Source: Acidobacteriota bacterium (GTDB taxonomy: Bacteria; Acidobacteriota; Terriglobia; Terriglobales; SCQP01). From it: a stretch of DNA of 64,000 nucleotides. The stretch covers positions 1,684 to 65,683 of the forward strand of contig DAHVCP010000044.1 in NCBI GenBank assembly GCA_027314025.1. Reading direction: 5' to 3'. This document shows, piece after piece, positions 56,105-64,000 of the stretch (position 1 is the stretch's first letter; each line of letters begins with the position of its first letter). The notes below the pieces were generated by a model. The model did no database searches, had not been told where the DNA came from, and saw nothing but the letters and a program-made list of their open reading frames with translations. The position numbers were made by a program, and so were the translations under genes.

Positions 56105-56395
56105 CTACGGCTTCGCCGCAGGCCGCTCCGGTCCGGCAGGGCGGGCCTCCCCGGCGGCGGCGACGGGGCGGTCCGCAGCGGGCCGCTGGCGCACCTCACG
56201 TTCCGCCTGAAGCCAGTTCTGCATGTCGGAGCCCCCGTGCTTACCACGCGACAACTCGTACGCGCGGCGGCTAATCTGCTCTCGCGCCGCGTTGGCCACG
56301 GTCTCCGAGCCGTTCGGAGCAGTGGCGGCGTCGTGGCGCTCGGTTCCCTGGTCGTGGCGCTCGGTTCCCTGATGGTTGTGTTTGTTGTGTCCCAT
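56105..56395 (-). CDS. DUF2934-like small protein
   Basis: EQISRRAYEL..G..G.DMQNWLQAERE; internal 21-bp tandem duplication at 56331-56372 (QGTERHD x2). Confidence 0.8.
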   Translation of the reverse strand: MGHNKHNHQGTERHDQGTERHDAATAPNGSETVANAAREQISRRAYELSRGKHGGSDMQNWLQAEREVRQRPAADRPVAAAGEARPAGPERPAAKP

Positions 56396-56492
56396 GCTGT
56401 AATCCGTATCCTTCTCCCGTGGTCGGGTATTGTTAGCCAAGCGTGCGCCGGGCGTGGCCGTCCGCGCCAACCGCGGCGCGTGAGTGAACCTC

Positions 56493-57053
56493 CTACGCGG
56501 CGGTGCGAGCGGCGGGGTGCTCCGAGTTTCCGTAGTCGCCCCGGGATTCCGCCACGACGCCAATGTCTTCAGCGCCGGTCCGTCGCAGGCGCGCCTTGGC
56601 CCGCGTGGTCCAGCTCGGATCATCACAATGGATGGACAGCAGGAGTCCGGCACTTTTGGTGCGGCCGGTGTAGCGCTTGGCCTCATAACGAGGGATGGCT
56701 GAGCCGAAGATCGCCCCAACCAAGGCGCCGATCACGCCACCTACGCCCACGCCGCTGAGCAACACCAACACAGGACCGGCAAGGATGACTGCTTGCAGCG
56801 CGGGCGTCTGCCAGTACCCCATGCCGAGCACCCAGCCGGCCGCACCGCCAACAATGCCGCCGAGGAAGCCGCCCCAGGCCGCTCCATCCAGCATCTTGGA
56901 GTGCTTTCGCACGGACAGATCCTTGGTGCCCACGCCCGCCGCCGACAAGACGGCCAGATCCGCGCTCCGAAAGCCGTCCTGTTCCAATTCGTAAAGCGCC
57001 GCCGCAACCTGCTCGCGGTTGGCGTAAATTCCGAATGCCGCCGTGTTTGCCAT
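56493..57053 (-). CDS. General-stress/DUF3341-like glycine-zipper membrane protein
   Basis: AAFGIY..L...GF...D.AVL, Gly-rich hairpin, IPRYEAKRY, LLSIHCD, TGAEDI. Confidence 0.75.
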   Translation of the reverse strand: MANTAAFGIYANREQVAAALYELEQDGFRSADLAVLSAAGVGTKDLSVRKHSKMLDGAAWGGFLGGIVGGAAGWVLGMGYWQTPALQAVILAGPVLVLLSGVGVGGVIGALVGAIFGSAIPRYEAKRYTGRTKSAGLLLSIHCDDPSWTTRAKARLRRTGAEDIGVVAESRGDYGNSEHPAARTAA

Positions 57054-57081
57054 ATCGCCTCTGCCTTGTATTGATCCAACC

Positions 57082-58539
57082 TCAGCTTGCGCCGCTTGGC
57101 GGAGCGGCGCTGTTCCGTTGTGCACCCTGGGCACGCGCGCCGGCGCCGACGCGATGATGCGACGAAGGGTTGTGCCAGCTTGCGCCGGGAGCGAGAATCG
57201 CGCCGGCGGCTTTCGGCCCCCAACCGCGGCGCCGGTACGGGAGAGCGGCGCGGTGGTGCTTCAGGACGGGCGCAACCACCGCCCAGGCGGCTTCGACCGC
57301 GTCCTCCCGGGTGAACAGCGCGGTGTCGCCGTTCATTGCCGCCGTTAACAGCCGCTCGTACGGCGCCTCCTGTCCCGGACGCTCTGCGGACAGGTAGAGT
57401 TCCCGCTGCTCTCCGGCAAAGACTTTGCCGGCCATCTTGACGCGCGCCGCCAGCGCGATGGCGGAATCGGGCGAAAGCCGGAAGCGCAGGTAGTTGGCGG
57501 GCCCGGCGGCCAATCCGGCATCGGGGAATAGTTTCCAGGACGGCGGCTTCAGCGCCACCAGGACCTCGGTCGCGGTTGCGGCCAGATATTTGCCGGAGCG
57601 CAGATACCAGGGCACGCCCCGCCAGCGCCGGGAGTTGATCAAAAGCCGCAGCGCGCAGAAGGTCTCGACGTCGGAGTTCTTCGCCACCGCTTTTTCCTCG
57701 CGGTAGCCATGGTATTGTCCGCGGACCATGTCGCCCGGCGCGAGGGGGCGCATGGCCCGAAACACCTTGGTCTTCTCAGCGTGCATGGCAGCCGGCTCCC
57801 GGCTGGCCGGCGGCTCCATGGCCAGCAGGGCGACGATTTGGAACAGGTGGTTCTGGACCACGTCGCGCAGGCAGCCGGCAGTCTCATAGAACGCGCCGCG
57901 GCCATTCACGCCGAAGGCTTCGGCCAGCGTGATCTGGACGCTGGCCACGTAGCGGTGGTTCCAGAACGATTCGAGGAAGGAATTGGCGAAGCGGAAGTAG
58001 AGGATATTCATGATCGCCTCCTTGGCCAGGAAGTGATCAATGCGGAAAATCGCGTTTTCGGGAAACACGGAGTGAGCGACACGGTTGAGTTGCCGCGCGG
58101 AGGCAAGATCACGCCCGAACGGCTTCTCGACGATGACACGCGCGTTCCGCCCCAAGCCGGCGGCGCCCAGGCCGCGCACGACCGTCGGGAAGAGAGCGGG
58201 CGGAATCGCGAGGTAGTGCGCCGGGCGCCGGGCGCGGCCCAGCGCCCGTTTGATTGCGGCATACGTGGCGGGGTCGTTGTAGTCTCCGCTGACGTACCGG
58301 AACAGGGCGAGAAAACGCCGGAAGGCGCGCGGATCGTCAATACCACCGGATCGCGTGACGCTGGCGGTGATCCGCTTGTGGAGACGCTCCAGGCTCCACT
58401 TCGGGAGGGCGACGCCGATGACCGGGACGTTGAGCGTGCCGCGTTTCACCATGGCGTACAGAGCCGGAAAGGTCATTTTCCGGGCGAGGTCTCCAGTGGC
58501 CCCAAACAGCACCAACGCATCCGAGCGGCGAGCCGGCAT
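57082..58539 (-). CDS. zwf: Glucose-6-phosphate 1-dehydrogenase
   Basis: FGATGDLA, IVEKPFG, FRIDHFLAKE, RDVVQNHL, WRGVPWYLRSGK. Confidence 0.92.
   Translation of the reverse strand: MPARRSDALVLFGATGDLARKMTFPALYAMVKRGTLNVPVIGVALPKWSLERLHKRITASVTRSGGIDDPRAFRRFLALFRYVSGDYNDPATYAAIKRALGRARRPAHYLAIPPALFPTVVRGLGAAGLGRNARVIVEKPFGRDLASARQLNRVAHSVFPENAIFRIDHFLAKEAIMNILYFRFANSFLESFWNHRYVASVQITLAEAFGVNGRGAFYETAGCLRDVVQNHLFQIVALLAMEPPASREPAAMHAEKTKVFRAMRPLAPGDMVRGQYHGYREEKAVAKNSDVETFCALRLLINSRRWRGVPWYLRSGKYLAATATEVLVALKPPSWKLFPDAGLAAGPANYLRFRLSPDSAIALAARVKMAGKVFAGEQRELYLSAERPGQEAPYERLLTAAMNGDTALFTREDAVEAAWAVVAPVLKHHRAALPYRRRGWGPKAAGAILAPGASWHNPSSHHRVGAGARAQGAQRNSAAPPSGAS
57111..57126 (-). promoter_or_regulatory. 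Crp/Fnr-like site at -41.5 (within the zwf 3' end)
   Basis: TGTTC-CGTTGT-GCACC; -10 CAAGCT at 57089-57084. Confidence 0.6.
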
Positions 58540-58835
58540 CGCGCCTCCTTTCTTGTGGCCGTGATGTTTTGTTCCTAGCGGCGCGCCGCCAGTTGGGGAG
58601 CCCCAGGAAGCGGGCCGGACGCGTGCCGATTAGCGGCGGGCGCGCGCCCGGGGCCGGCGCTGCGGGAAGACCTCAAAGGCCGGGCGGCGGGCCGCCCGGC
58701 GGAATGTTGCGGCCTTTTCGCGCCGACTTTGCCCCCAGGTGCAAATGGCGGGACCCCCGCGATCGGCAGCTGCCGAGCCGACGGGGGCGACAACGGGAAC
58801 AGAAAGGAGCCACAGCTCCGCAGGGGAGGCACCCG

Positions 58836-58994
58836 CTACCCCTTGAGCTTTTCACCCTGGCAGCCGGGGTGCTGGCATTGGCAGGTGATTTCCGTGACGC
58901 GCTTGGCGTCGGCGCAGGTATCACTGCAATACTTTTTGCCCTCTTTGGGAACACAGTTGCACGCCCGATGGGCGCATTTCGCGGTGTTTTTCAT
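58836..58994 (-). CDS. Metallothionein-like Cys-rich peptide (52 aa)
   Basis: MKNTAKCAHRACNCVPKEGKKYCSDTCADAKRVTEITCQCQHPGCQGEKLKG; RBS AAGGAG; short hairpin plus T-run at 58801-58819. Not in the ORF track. Confidence 0.8.
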   Translation of the reverse strand: MKNTAKCAHRACNCVPKEGKKYCSDTCADAKRVTEITCQCQHPGCQGEKLKG

Positions 58995-59106
58995 GGAATC
59001 TCCTTGCAATGGAACGTTCTTCCGACCCTAGCCATCATTGCCTGGCGCGGGCCCCAGCGCGGCTGCGCCGCGCGTCCCGCGTTGCCGGGCGCGGGCAAGT
59101 GCTGCG

Positions 59107-59772
59107 TCACTGAAGGACGACGATGGACACGCAAGGGCCACGGTGATACCAGTCGCACAAGATGTATCCGGCGCCCGTGTCCTGGATGTAGAACTGGTCG
59201 GTGTCGTACCACTCGCCCGGCCAGGGCTGAAGAAAACCGAACCAGTAGCCGCCGCCTTGAAACGCCGAATAGCCGCCGCGCATCCGCAGGCCATCCAAGC
59301 GAAACCGGTGCTGATCGCCAAAATAGGCGCGATAGTGCTGATCGGGAATACGCCGGTCATTGCGGCGGGCCAGGCGGATTTGCGGCCGCTGGCGCCCGCG
59401 GAAGCCCTGCCGTTGCTCGGCCGGTGCTCCACGCCGGTTCGCTGGAGCCGATTGGCCTCGCCGTTGGTACTGATTTTGCCACTGCGTCTGCTGGCCGGGC
59501 CGCTGAGGCTGCCGCGGCGCGGGACGGGCCTGGCGGCCTTGGCGCGGCGCAAAGCGCTGGCCTTGCTTCGCCGGCTGGCGCTGCCGCGCTTTGGCCGCTT
59601 GGGGCTGGCGCGCCGCTGGGGCGCGCTGCTGACTCGGCTTCTCCTTACGGGGTTTTGCCTCCTGGGCTTGTGCCTTGCTCAGCGGCGGGCGGGCCTCTCC
59701 TGCCAGGCCCAGCGCGCCGACAACGGAAAGCATCAGCAGAGAGAGAACCCCAGCCCTTGCCATGCGTCGCAT
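59107..59772 (-). CDS. Secreted protein: Q/R/P-rich disordered N-half, aromatic C-domain
   Basis: RBS GGAGG; signal peptide; RIPDQHYRAYFG..HRF..GGYWF..PWP..WYDTD. Confidence 0.75.
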   Translation of the reverse strand: MRRMARAGVLSLLMLSVVGALGLAGEARPPLSKAQAQEAKPRKEKPSQQRAPAARQPQAAKARQRQPAKQGQRFAPRQGRQARPAPRQPQRPGQQTQWQNQYQRRGQSAPANRRGAPAEQRQGFRGRQRPQIRLARRNDRRIPDQHYRAYFGDQHRFRLDGLRMRGGYSAFQGGGYWFGFLQPWPGEWYDTDQFYIQDTGAGYILCDWYHRGPCVSIVVLQ

Positions 59773-59840
59773 ACCAGCCTCCATCGCAGGCGGCTTGCAT
59801 CGACCAGCCGCCGCATTGCGGTCATTATGTTGGTTCAGCC

Positions 59841-60764
59841 CTAACGATGAGGCTCAACCCGCGCGGCGGCTGCCCTGTTGTGCACAGCCGCGCTCCGCGT
59901 GACAGGCCGCTTGACCCGGTCCGCCAATCCCACCGCCTCCAGGGCGCAAATCAGGTACCATCCGATGTCCACCTGCCACCAGCGCCGCGCGAAGGGGGCG
60001 ACGCCGGCGGCGGCGTGATGATTGGCGTGCCAGTTTTCTCCCCAGGCGCCGAGTTGCAGTGGGCCGAGCCACCAAACGTTCTGACTGCGGTCGCGTCCGG
60101 CCGCGGGACCCAGATGGGTAAGGCTGTTGACGAAGCATTGGAGGTGCAAGCAATAGACCAGACGGATGGCCCCAATCCAGAAAAACCCCGCCCAGCCCAA
60201 CGCCAAGCCGCAACCCAGGGAAAGCAGCAGGACGGGCACTTCCGCCCGTCCCCAGACCCGGTAGCGTCCGTGGTCCAGGTCGGGACACCAACGTTGCGAT
60301 TCCGCCCGCGGCGACTGATAGAGCCAGCGCAGATGCGCCCACCAAAAACCGCCCTGCGAAGGGCTGGAAATATCCTGCTCGGTGTCGGCGCAAGCGTGAT
60401 GCAAGCGATGATAGGCGACCCAACTGGCGGGGGCGCCAGAGCCGTTGAACATGGCAGCGAAGATCAGCACCTGCTCGACGACCGGGTTGAGCCGCAGGGT
60501 GCGATGAGCCAGCAGGCGGTGGTAGCCGATGGTGGTTCCAAGGCCCCCGGCGGTGGCCAGCAGCGCGGCTATGCCGAACACTCGCCAACCCGGCAGCGGA
60601 AAGAGGATCAAGCCGGTAATCGCCAAGACATGAATCAACAGCAGATAAACAAAAACGCCGGATTTGCCCGGGGCGGGCCGCCACCAGGGCTGATTCCACG
60701 GCCAGGGGCCGCGGGCCAGGCCGCCGCGTCGCACCAGGGCGGAATGAAGATGGGATTGCGGCAT
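59841..60764 (-). CDS. Membrane fatty-acid desaturase (delta-9-like)
   Basis: His boxes GYHRLLAH, HRLHH, ENWHANHH; RBS GGGGAGG before ATG at 60764. Confidence 0.9.
   Translation of the reverse strand: MPQSHLHSALVRRGGLARGPWPWNQPWWRPAPGKSGVFVYLLLIHVLAITGLILFPLPGWRVFGIAALLATAGGLGTTIGYHRLLAHRTLRLNPVVEQVLIFAAMFNGSGAPASWVAYHRLHHACADTEQDISSPSQGGFWWAHLRWLYQSPRAESQRWCPDLDHGRYRVWGRAEVPVLLLSLGCGLALGWAGFFWIGAIRLVYCLHLQCFVNSLTHLGPAAGRDRSQNVWWLGPLQLGAWGENWHANHHAAAGVAPFARRWWQVDIGWYLICALEAVGLADRVKRPVTRSAAVHNRAAAARVEPHR
59871..59886 (-). promoter_or_regulatory. Crp/Fnr-like site at -61.5 (within the desaturase 3' end)
   Basis: TGCCC-TGTTGT-GCACA; -10 CATAAT at 59829-59824. Confidence 0.55.
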
Positions 60765-60878
60765 GAAACGCCTCCCCACGGGGACGAAGCCGACGGGCGG
60801 CAGCGCGGTCTTGGCGCGCCGACGTCCGCGCCCGTCCATAACGTCTCGTTTAGGATCCTGCGCGGCGGCCCGCCCGGC

Positions 60879-60894
60879 TGCCCAATTTGCAACA
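60879..60894 (-). promoter_or_regulatory. Weak Crp/Fnr-like site at -41.5
   Basis: TGCCC-AATTTG-CAACA; -10 GATCCT at 60857-60852. Confidence 0.4.
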
Positions 60895-60981
60895 TTGCTC
60901 GGCGCGGGCCCCAGCGCGGCTCCCACCCCAGCGCGCGCCGGTGCGCGCCGGGGGCCCCGGGTCTGCGCCGCGCGTCCCGCT

Positions 60982-61222
60982 TTGCTTGGCGCGGGCCCCA
61001 GCGCGGCTGCGCCGCGCGTCCCGCTGGACGCGGGGGCGATGCTGGGGGCCCCGTTGGCCCCAGTTCCCGCCCGCGCTTCGCGGGTACCACGCCGCTGGCG
61101 GGGCGCGGTTTCTCAATCCCGGCGGCAAGGACGCCGGCGCTCCAGCCCGCCCGGCAGAATGGCGCGGCCGTTTCCCGGCAACGTTGCCCCCCAGTGCAAA
61201 CGGCCACACCCCACGCAAGGGA
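60982..61222 (+). repeat. Full-length family B structured repeat (~240 bp)
   Basis: Aligns along its length with 63217-63460; a partial copy lies just upstream at 60895. Confidence 0.75.
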
Positions 61223-61361
61223 TGCGAGATTTCCGGCGCCGCGCCGGAACCGACAGGTGTTAAATAGAAGATGATTTTTCGCACGGACGCCGCGGCTTGC
61301 GACTGCTCGGCTCCTGCCCGAGGAGCAGTGCCCGGCCTGGCGCCCGCGTTGGAGCACCGCG

Positions 61362-62969
61362 ATGCGCGTTCTGTTGATTTACCCGCGCCGCGACCCCGGA
61401 TCCCCGGTTCGCACGCAATTCAGCCTCGAGAAGCTCCATGAACTGCCGCTTTGGCCGCTGCGGGCGCGAAGTTACGGTTTCCAGTTCAACGGGCTGGAGA
61501 CGCTCGCGGCCATGACCCCGCGCTGGGTCAAGCTCACGGTGGTGAATGAAAACCTGAGGGACATCCACTTCGACGCGCGCGTGGATCTGGTGGCCATAAC
61601 GGTCATGGTGACCAACGCGACGCGGGCGTACCAAATCTCTGACGCATTCCGCAAGCGGGGCGTGAAGGTGGTGCTGGGCGGCTATCACCCGTTCATGGTG
61701 CCGGACCACGCCTTGCAGCATGCGGACGCCATCTGCGCGAGCGAGGCGGAGATGGTATGGGAGCGGATCTTGGAAGATGCGCGGGACGGCAAGCTGCGCC
61801 CCACCTACGTTCAGGAGGGCAAGACCGACATGGCCGCGCTGTGCCAGCCGCCGCGGGTACGGCGGCGGGAGTGGATGCGCCACGTGGTGCTGACGCTGCA
61901 AGCCAGCCGCGGCTGCCCGTTCGACTGCGATTTCTGCTCGATCATCCAAATGCTGGGCCACGACATGCGGTACAAGACCCCGGAGCACCTCTGCGCCGAG
62001 CTGGAGACGATCTACCGCAATGACCTGGTGGGACGCTGGTACTGCCGGCCGATCTTTTTCGTGGACGACAACATCTTCGGGCGGCCGCGCGAGCTCAAAT
62101 CCCTGCTGCGCGGCATCATCGCTCTCAACCGCCGGCATCCCCGCTTCCGCGCGGTATTCGGCTCGCAGATGACGATCAATGCCTACAAAGACAAGGAGGC
62201 GCTGGAGCTGCTCCAGGAAGCTGGTTTTTACTACATCTTCATGGGTCTGGAGAGCCAGGATCCAGCGACCCTGCGAGCCTATAACAAGCTGCACAATATC
62301 GCCTTCAACTACGACGACGCGGTTGCGGCCCTGCGCGCGCACGACATGGAGGTCATCGCGAGCTTCATCTTTGGCACCGACACCGACACCGAAGCTTGCT
62401 TTGAGGCGGCGTACGACTTTTTCGACCGCACCAACGTCCTGTACCCGTATTTCAACATCCTGACGCCCACGGCCAAGCAGTGGTTTCGCTTTTTGGACGA
62501 GGGCCGCCTGATCACCGCCAAGGCGAAGCTCTACGACGCCCACCACACGGTATTCGTGCCCATGCTGATGACGCCGCGGCGGCTCCAGGAGGGGTTCATC
62601 GCGCTGGTGAACCGCACGTTCGATTATGGCAACGTCGCCAAGCGGCTATTGGCGGCGCGGCCGGCGCGGCGGCAGCGGCACCGTTTGGCCCTCCCTCTGC
62701 CGCTGGAAAAGCTGACCTACGCCAAAATCCACTGGACGCTGGGGCGGACGGGCGACCAGGCCAGCCAGCGCTTTCTGGAAGCGCTGCGGCCGCCCGTTTG
62801 GTCGGGCCGCATTCCAATGGCGGAGGCGCTGCTGCAAATTGACCAGCATGACTGGGCGGTGCGCAATCAAGCCACGCTGCGCGAGTGCCACTCGTTGGAC
62901 GTCCCGGCATGGAGCGCGCGCGGCGCAGCCGCGGGCCGAGAGCGCACCGCCACGAGCGCCGCCAGCTAG
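61362..62969 (+). CDS. B12-binding-domain radical SAM protein
   Basis: MRVLLIYP, VLGGYHP, QASRGCPFDCDFC, FFVDDNIF, FMGLES. Confidence 0.9.
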   Translation: MRVLLIYPRRDPGSPVRTQFSLEKLHELPLWPLRARSYGFQFNGLETLAAMTPRWVKLTVVNENLRDIHFDARVDLVAITVMVTNATRAYQISDAFRKRGVKVVLGGYHPFMVPDHALQHADAICASEAEMVWERILEDARDGKLRPTYVQEGKTDMAALCQPPRVRRREWMRHVVLTLQASRGCPFDCDFCSIIQMLGHDMRYKTPEHLCAELETIYRNDLVGRWYCRPIFFVDDNIFGRPRELKSLLRGIIALNRRHPRFRAVFGSQMTINAYKDKEALELLQEAGFYYIFMGLESQDPATLRAYNKLHNIAFNYDDAVAALRAHDMEVIASFIFGTDTDTEACFEAAYDFFDRTNVLYPYFNILTPTAKQWFRFLDEGRLITAKAKLYDAHHTVFVPMLMTPRRLQEGFIALVNRTFDYGNVAKRLLAARPARRQRHRLALPLPLEKLTYAKIHWTLGRTGDQASQRFLEALRPPVWSGRIPMAEALLQIDQHDWAVRNQATLRECHSLDVPAWSARGAAAGRERTATSAAS

Positions 62970-62970
62970 C

Positions 62971-63460
62971 CATTGACGGGCGCGGGCCCCCAGCCCCGCC
63001 TGCGGCGGGGCGTCCCGCTTCGGCGCCAGGCTGGGCCGGGGGCCCCGCTCGCCCCAGCCCAGCCGGCGCGGCGATGGGGCTGCGCCGCTTCGCTGGCCGG
63101 GGGCGGGCCGCCGTGCGGAATTTCGCGGCCTTTTCGCGCCGACTTTGCCCCGGGTGCAGACGGCGCGTCCCCCGCGAGAGGCCCAGCCGGCGCGGCGATG
63201 GCGGGCGCCGCACCACATTGCCTAGCGCGGGTCCCAGCCCTGCCTGCGGCAGGGCGTCGCGCTTGGCGCGCAAGCGGGCTTGGGGGCCGCGTGCGCCCCA
63301 GCCCCTGCCCGCGCGTCGCTGGGGCCGCGCCGCTGGCCCGCACGCGGTGTCCCAATACCCCGGCGAGGACGCCGGCGCTCCAGCCCGCGCGGCGGATTGG
63401 CGCAGCCTTTTGGCGCCGTTTTTGCCCCATGTGCAAACGGCGCGACCCGTGACCTGGGGG
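62971..63460 (+). repeat. Tandem pair of family B repeats (~246 bp period)
   Basis: CATTG..GCGCGGGYCCCAG-hairpin-GTCSCGC ... TTTGCCCCNNGTGCARACGGCGCG, starting at 62971 and 63216. Confidence 0.75.
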
Positions 63461-63544
63461 CAGCTGGCGCGCGCGGCCGGACGGAGGGTCGGCGGGGCCG
63501 GCGGGGCGAGCGGTTCGAGGCGCGAGATGCTCCACGCGGCTAGC

Positions 63545-63560
63545 TGTTCAATTCTGGATA
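63545..63560 (+). promoter_or_regulatory. Crp/Fnr-like site at -41.5
   Basis: TGTTC-AATTCT-GGATA; -10 TAGCTT at 63582-63587. Confidence 0.55.
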
Positions 63561-63660
63561 GTGAGCCCGGCGGGGGGCGGGTAGCTTGAGAGAGCAAGAC
63601 GCTTACAAGGTCAGCTCCGGGATTGCCCTGGGAGCTTGCTTGAGGGCAAGGAGAACAGCC

Positions 63661-64000
63661 ATGAAAACTCGCTACCTCAGTTTCCTTCTTTTGTTCGGCC
63701 TGGCGGCGATGTCGCCGGGCGTGGCAATGGCCGGGCCCATCCTCGGCCCCGCGTTATCCACGTTCGCGGTGCTGGGCGGGTCAGCGGTGACCAACACCGG
63801 GACCACCACCATCGGCGGCAACATCGGCGTATATCCGGGCACCTCGATCAGCGGAATCAGCGGCGGCGCCGCGACCGCGGATCTGGCGCAGAGCCAACTC
63901 TCGACGGCGATGTCGGAGCTGGCCGGGGTCACGCCCGTGACCACGCTGGCGTCCTCGGACCTGACGTTGGCGGGGACGCTTGGGCCGGGCTTCTATAGCG
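63661..64000 (+). CDS. Ice-binding family (DUF3494) secreted protein, truncated by the window end
   Basis: RBS AAGGAG; MKTRYLSFLLLFGLAAM..AGPIL..FAVLGGSAVTNTGTTTIGGNIGVYPGTSISG..TLGPGFY. Not in the ORF track. Confidence 0.8.
   Translation, partial: MKTRYLSFLLLFGLAAMSPGVAMAGPILGPALSTFAVLGGSAVTNTGTTTIGGNIGVYPGTSISGISGGAATADLAQSQLSTAMSELAGVTPVTTLASSDLTLAGTLGPGFYS

Noticed and set aside
58569-61274. 901-aa plus-strand ORF
   Set aside because: Antisense shadow of the metallothionein-like, secreted-protein and desaturase genes plus repeats; no recognisable motifs. Typical high-GC artefact.
48528-62969. Naming the radical SAM genes hpnP/hpnJ/bchE or calling a RiPP cluster
   Set aside because: The motifs define only the broad B12-binding radical SAM class; there are no hopanoid genes, RRE/SPASM domain, peptidase or exporter nearby.
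58720-63440. TTTGCCCC..GTGCAAA motifs as additional Crp/Fnr-like sites
   Set aside because: They are part of the family B repeat, have variable spacing, and the copy checked (61185) has no correctly spaced -10.
42583-64000. Prophage or integrative element
   Set aside because: No integrase, tRNA attachment site, phage or conjugation genes; host-type repeats are scattered throughout, which suggests long residence.

Overview
High-GC bacterial chromosome segment. Gene content (acidobacterial-type VWA proteins, a TonB-ExbB-ExbD-ExbD-TPR cluster, PEP-CTERM, lpxA-lpxI) suggests Acidobacteriota; this is an inference. Bases ~1-42 kb are mostly housekeeping: rel/spoT, a SAM-I riboswitch ahead of a thrC-like gene and a sulfur carrier, nagB, trmJ, mlaEF, a type IV pilin, fabZ-lpxA-lpxI, mutY and tgt-yajC-secD-secF. 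This part also holds a REP-associated tyrosine transposase (RAYT) and many REP-like palindromes. Bases ~42.5-64 kb are accessory: a PEP-CTERM protein, GH30, two B12-binding-type radical SAM enzymes, two paralogous small CxxC..CxxC proteins, a class D sortase with an LPxTA substrate, VWA, SPFH, DUF2934, a general-stress-type protein, zwf, an unannotated metallothionein-like peptide, a fatty-acid desaturase and a truncated ice-binding (DUF3494) gene. The most striking signal is a Crp/Fnr-like 16-bp site (TGTKC-N6-GMACA-like) found eight times between 50.4 and 63.6 kb. Seven copies are centred at -41.5 and one at -61.5 from a -10 hexamer, which ties this island into a probable single regulon. A second notable signal is a dispersed ~240-bp structured repeat with a covarying hairpin. 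No rRNA, tRNA, CRISPR array or prophage was seen. All calls come from reading motifs by eye; no database searches were run.
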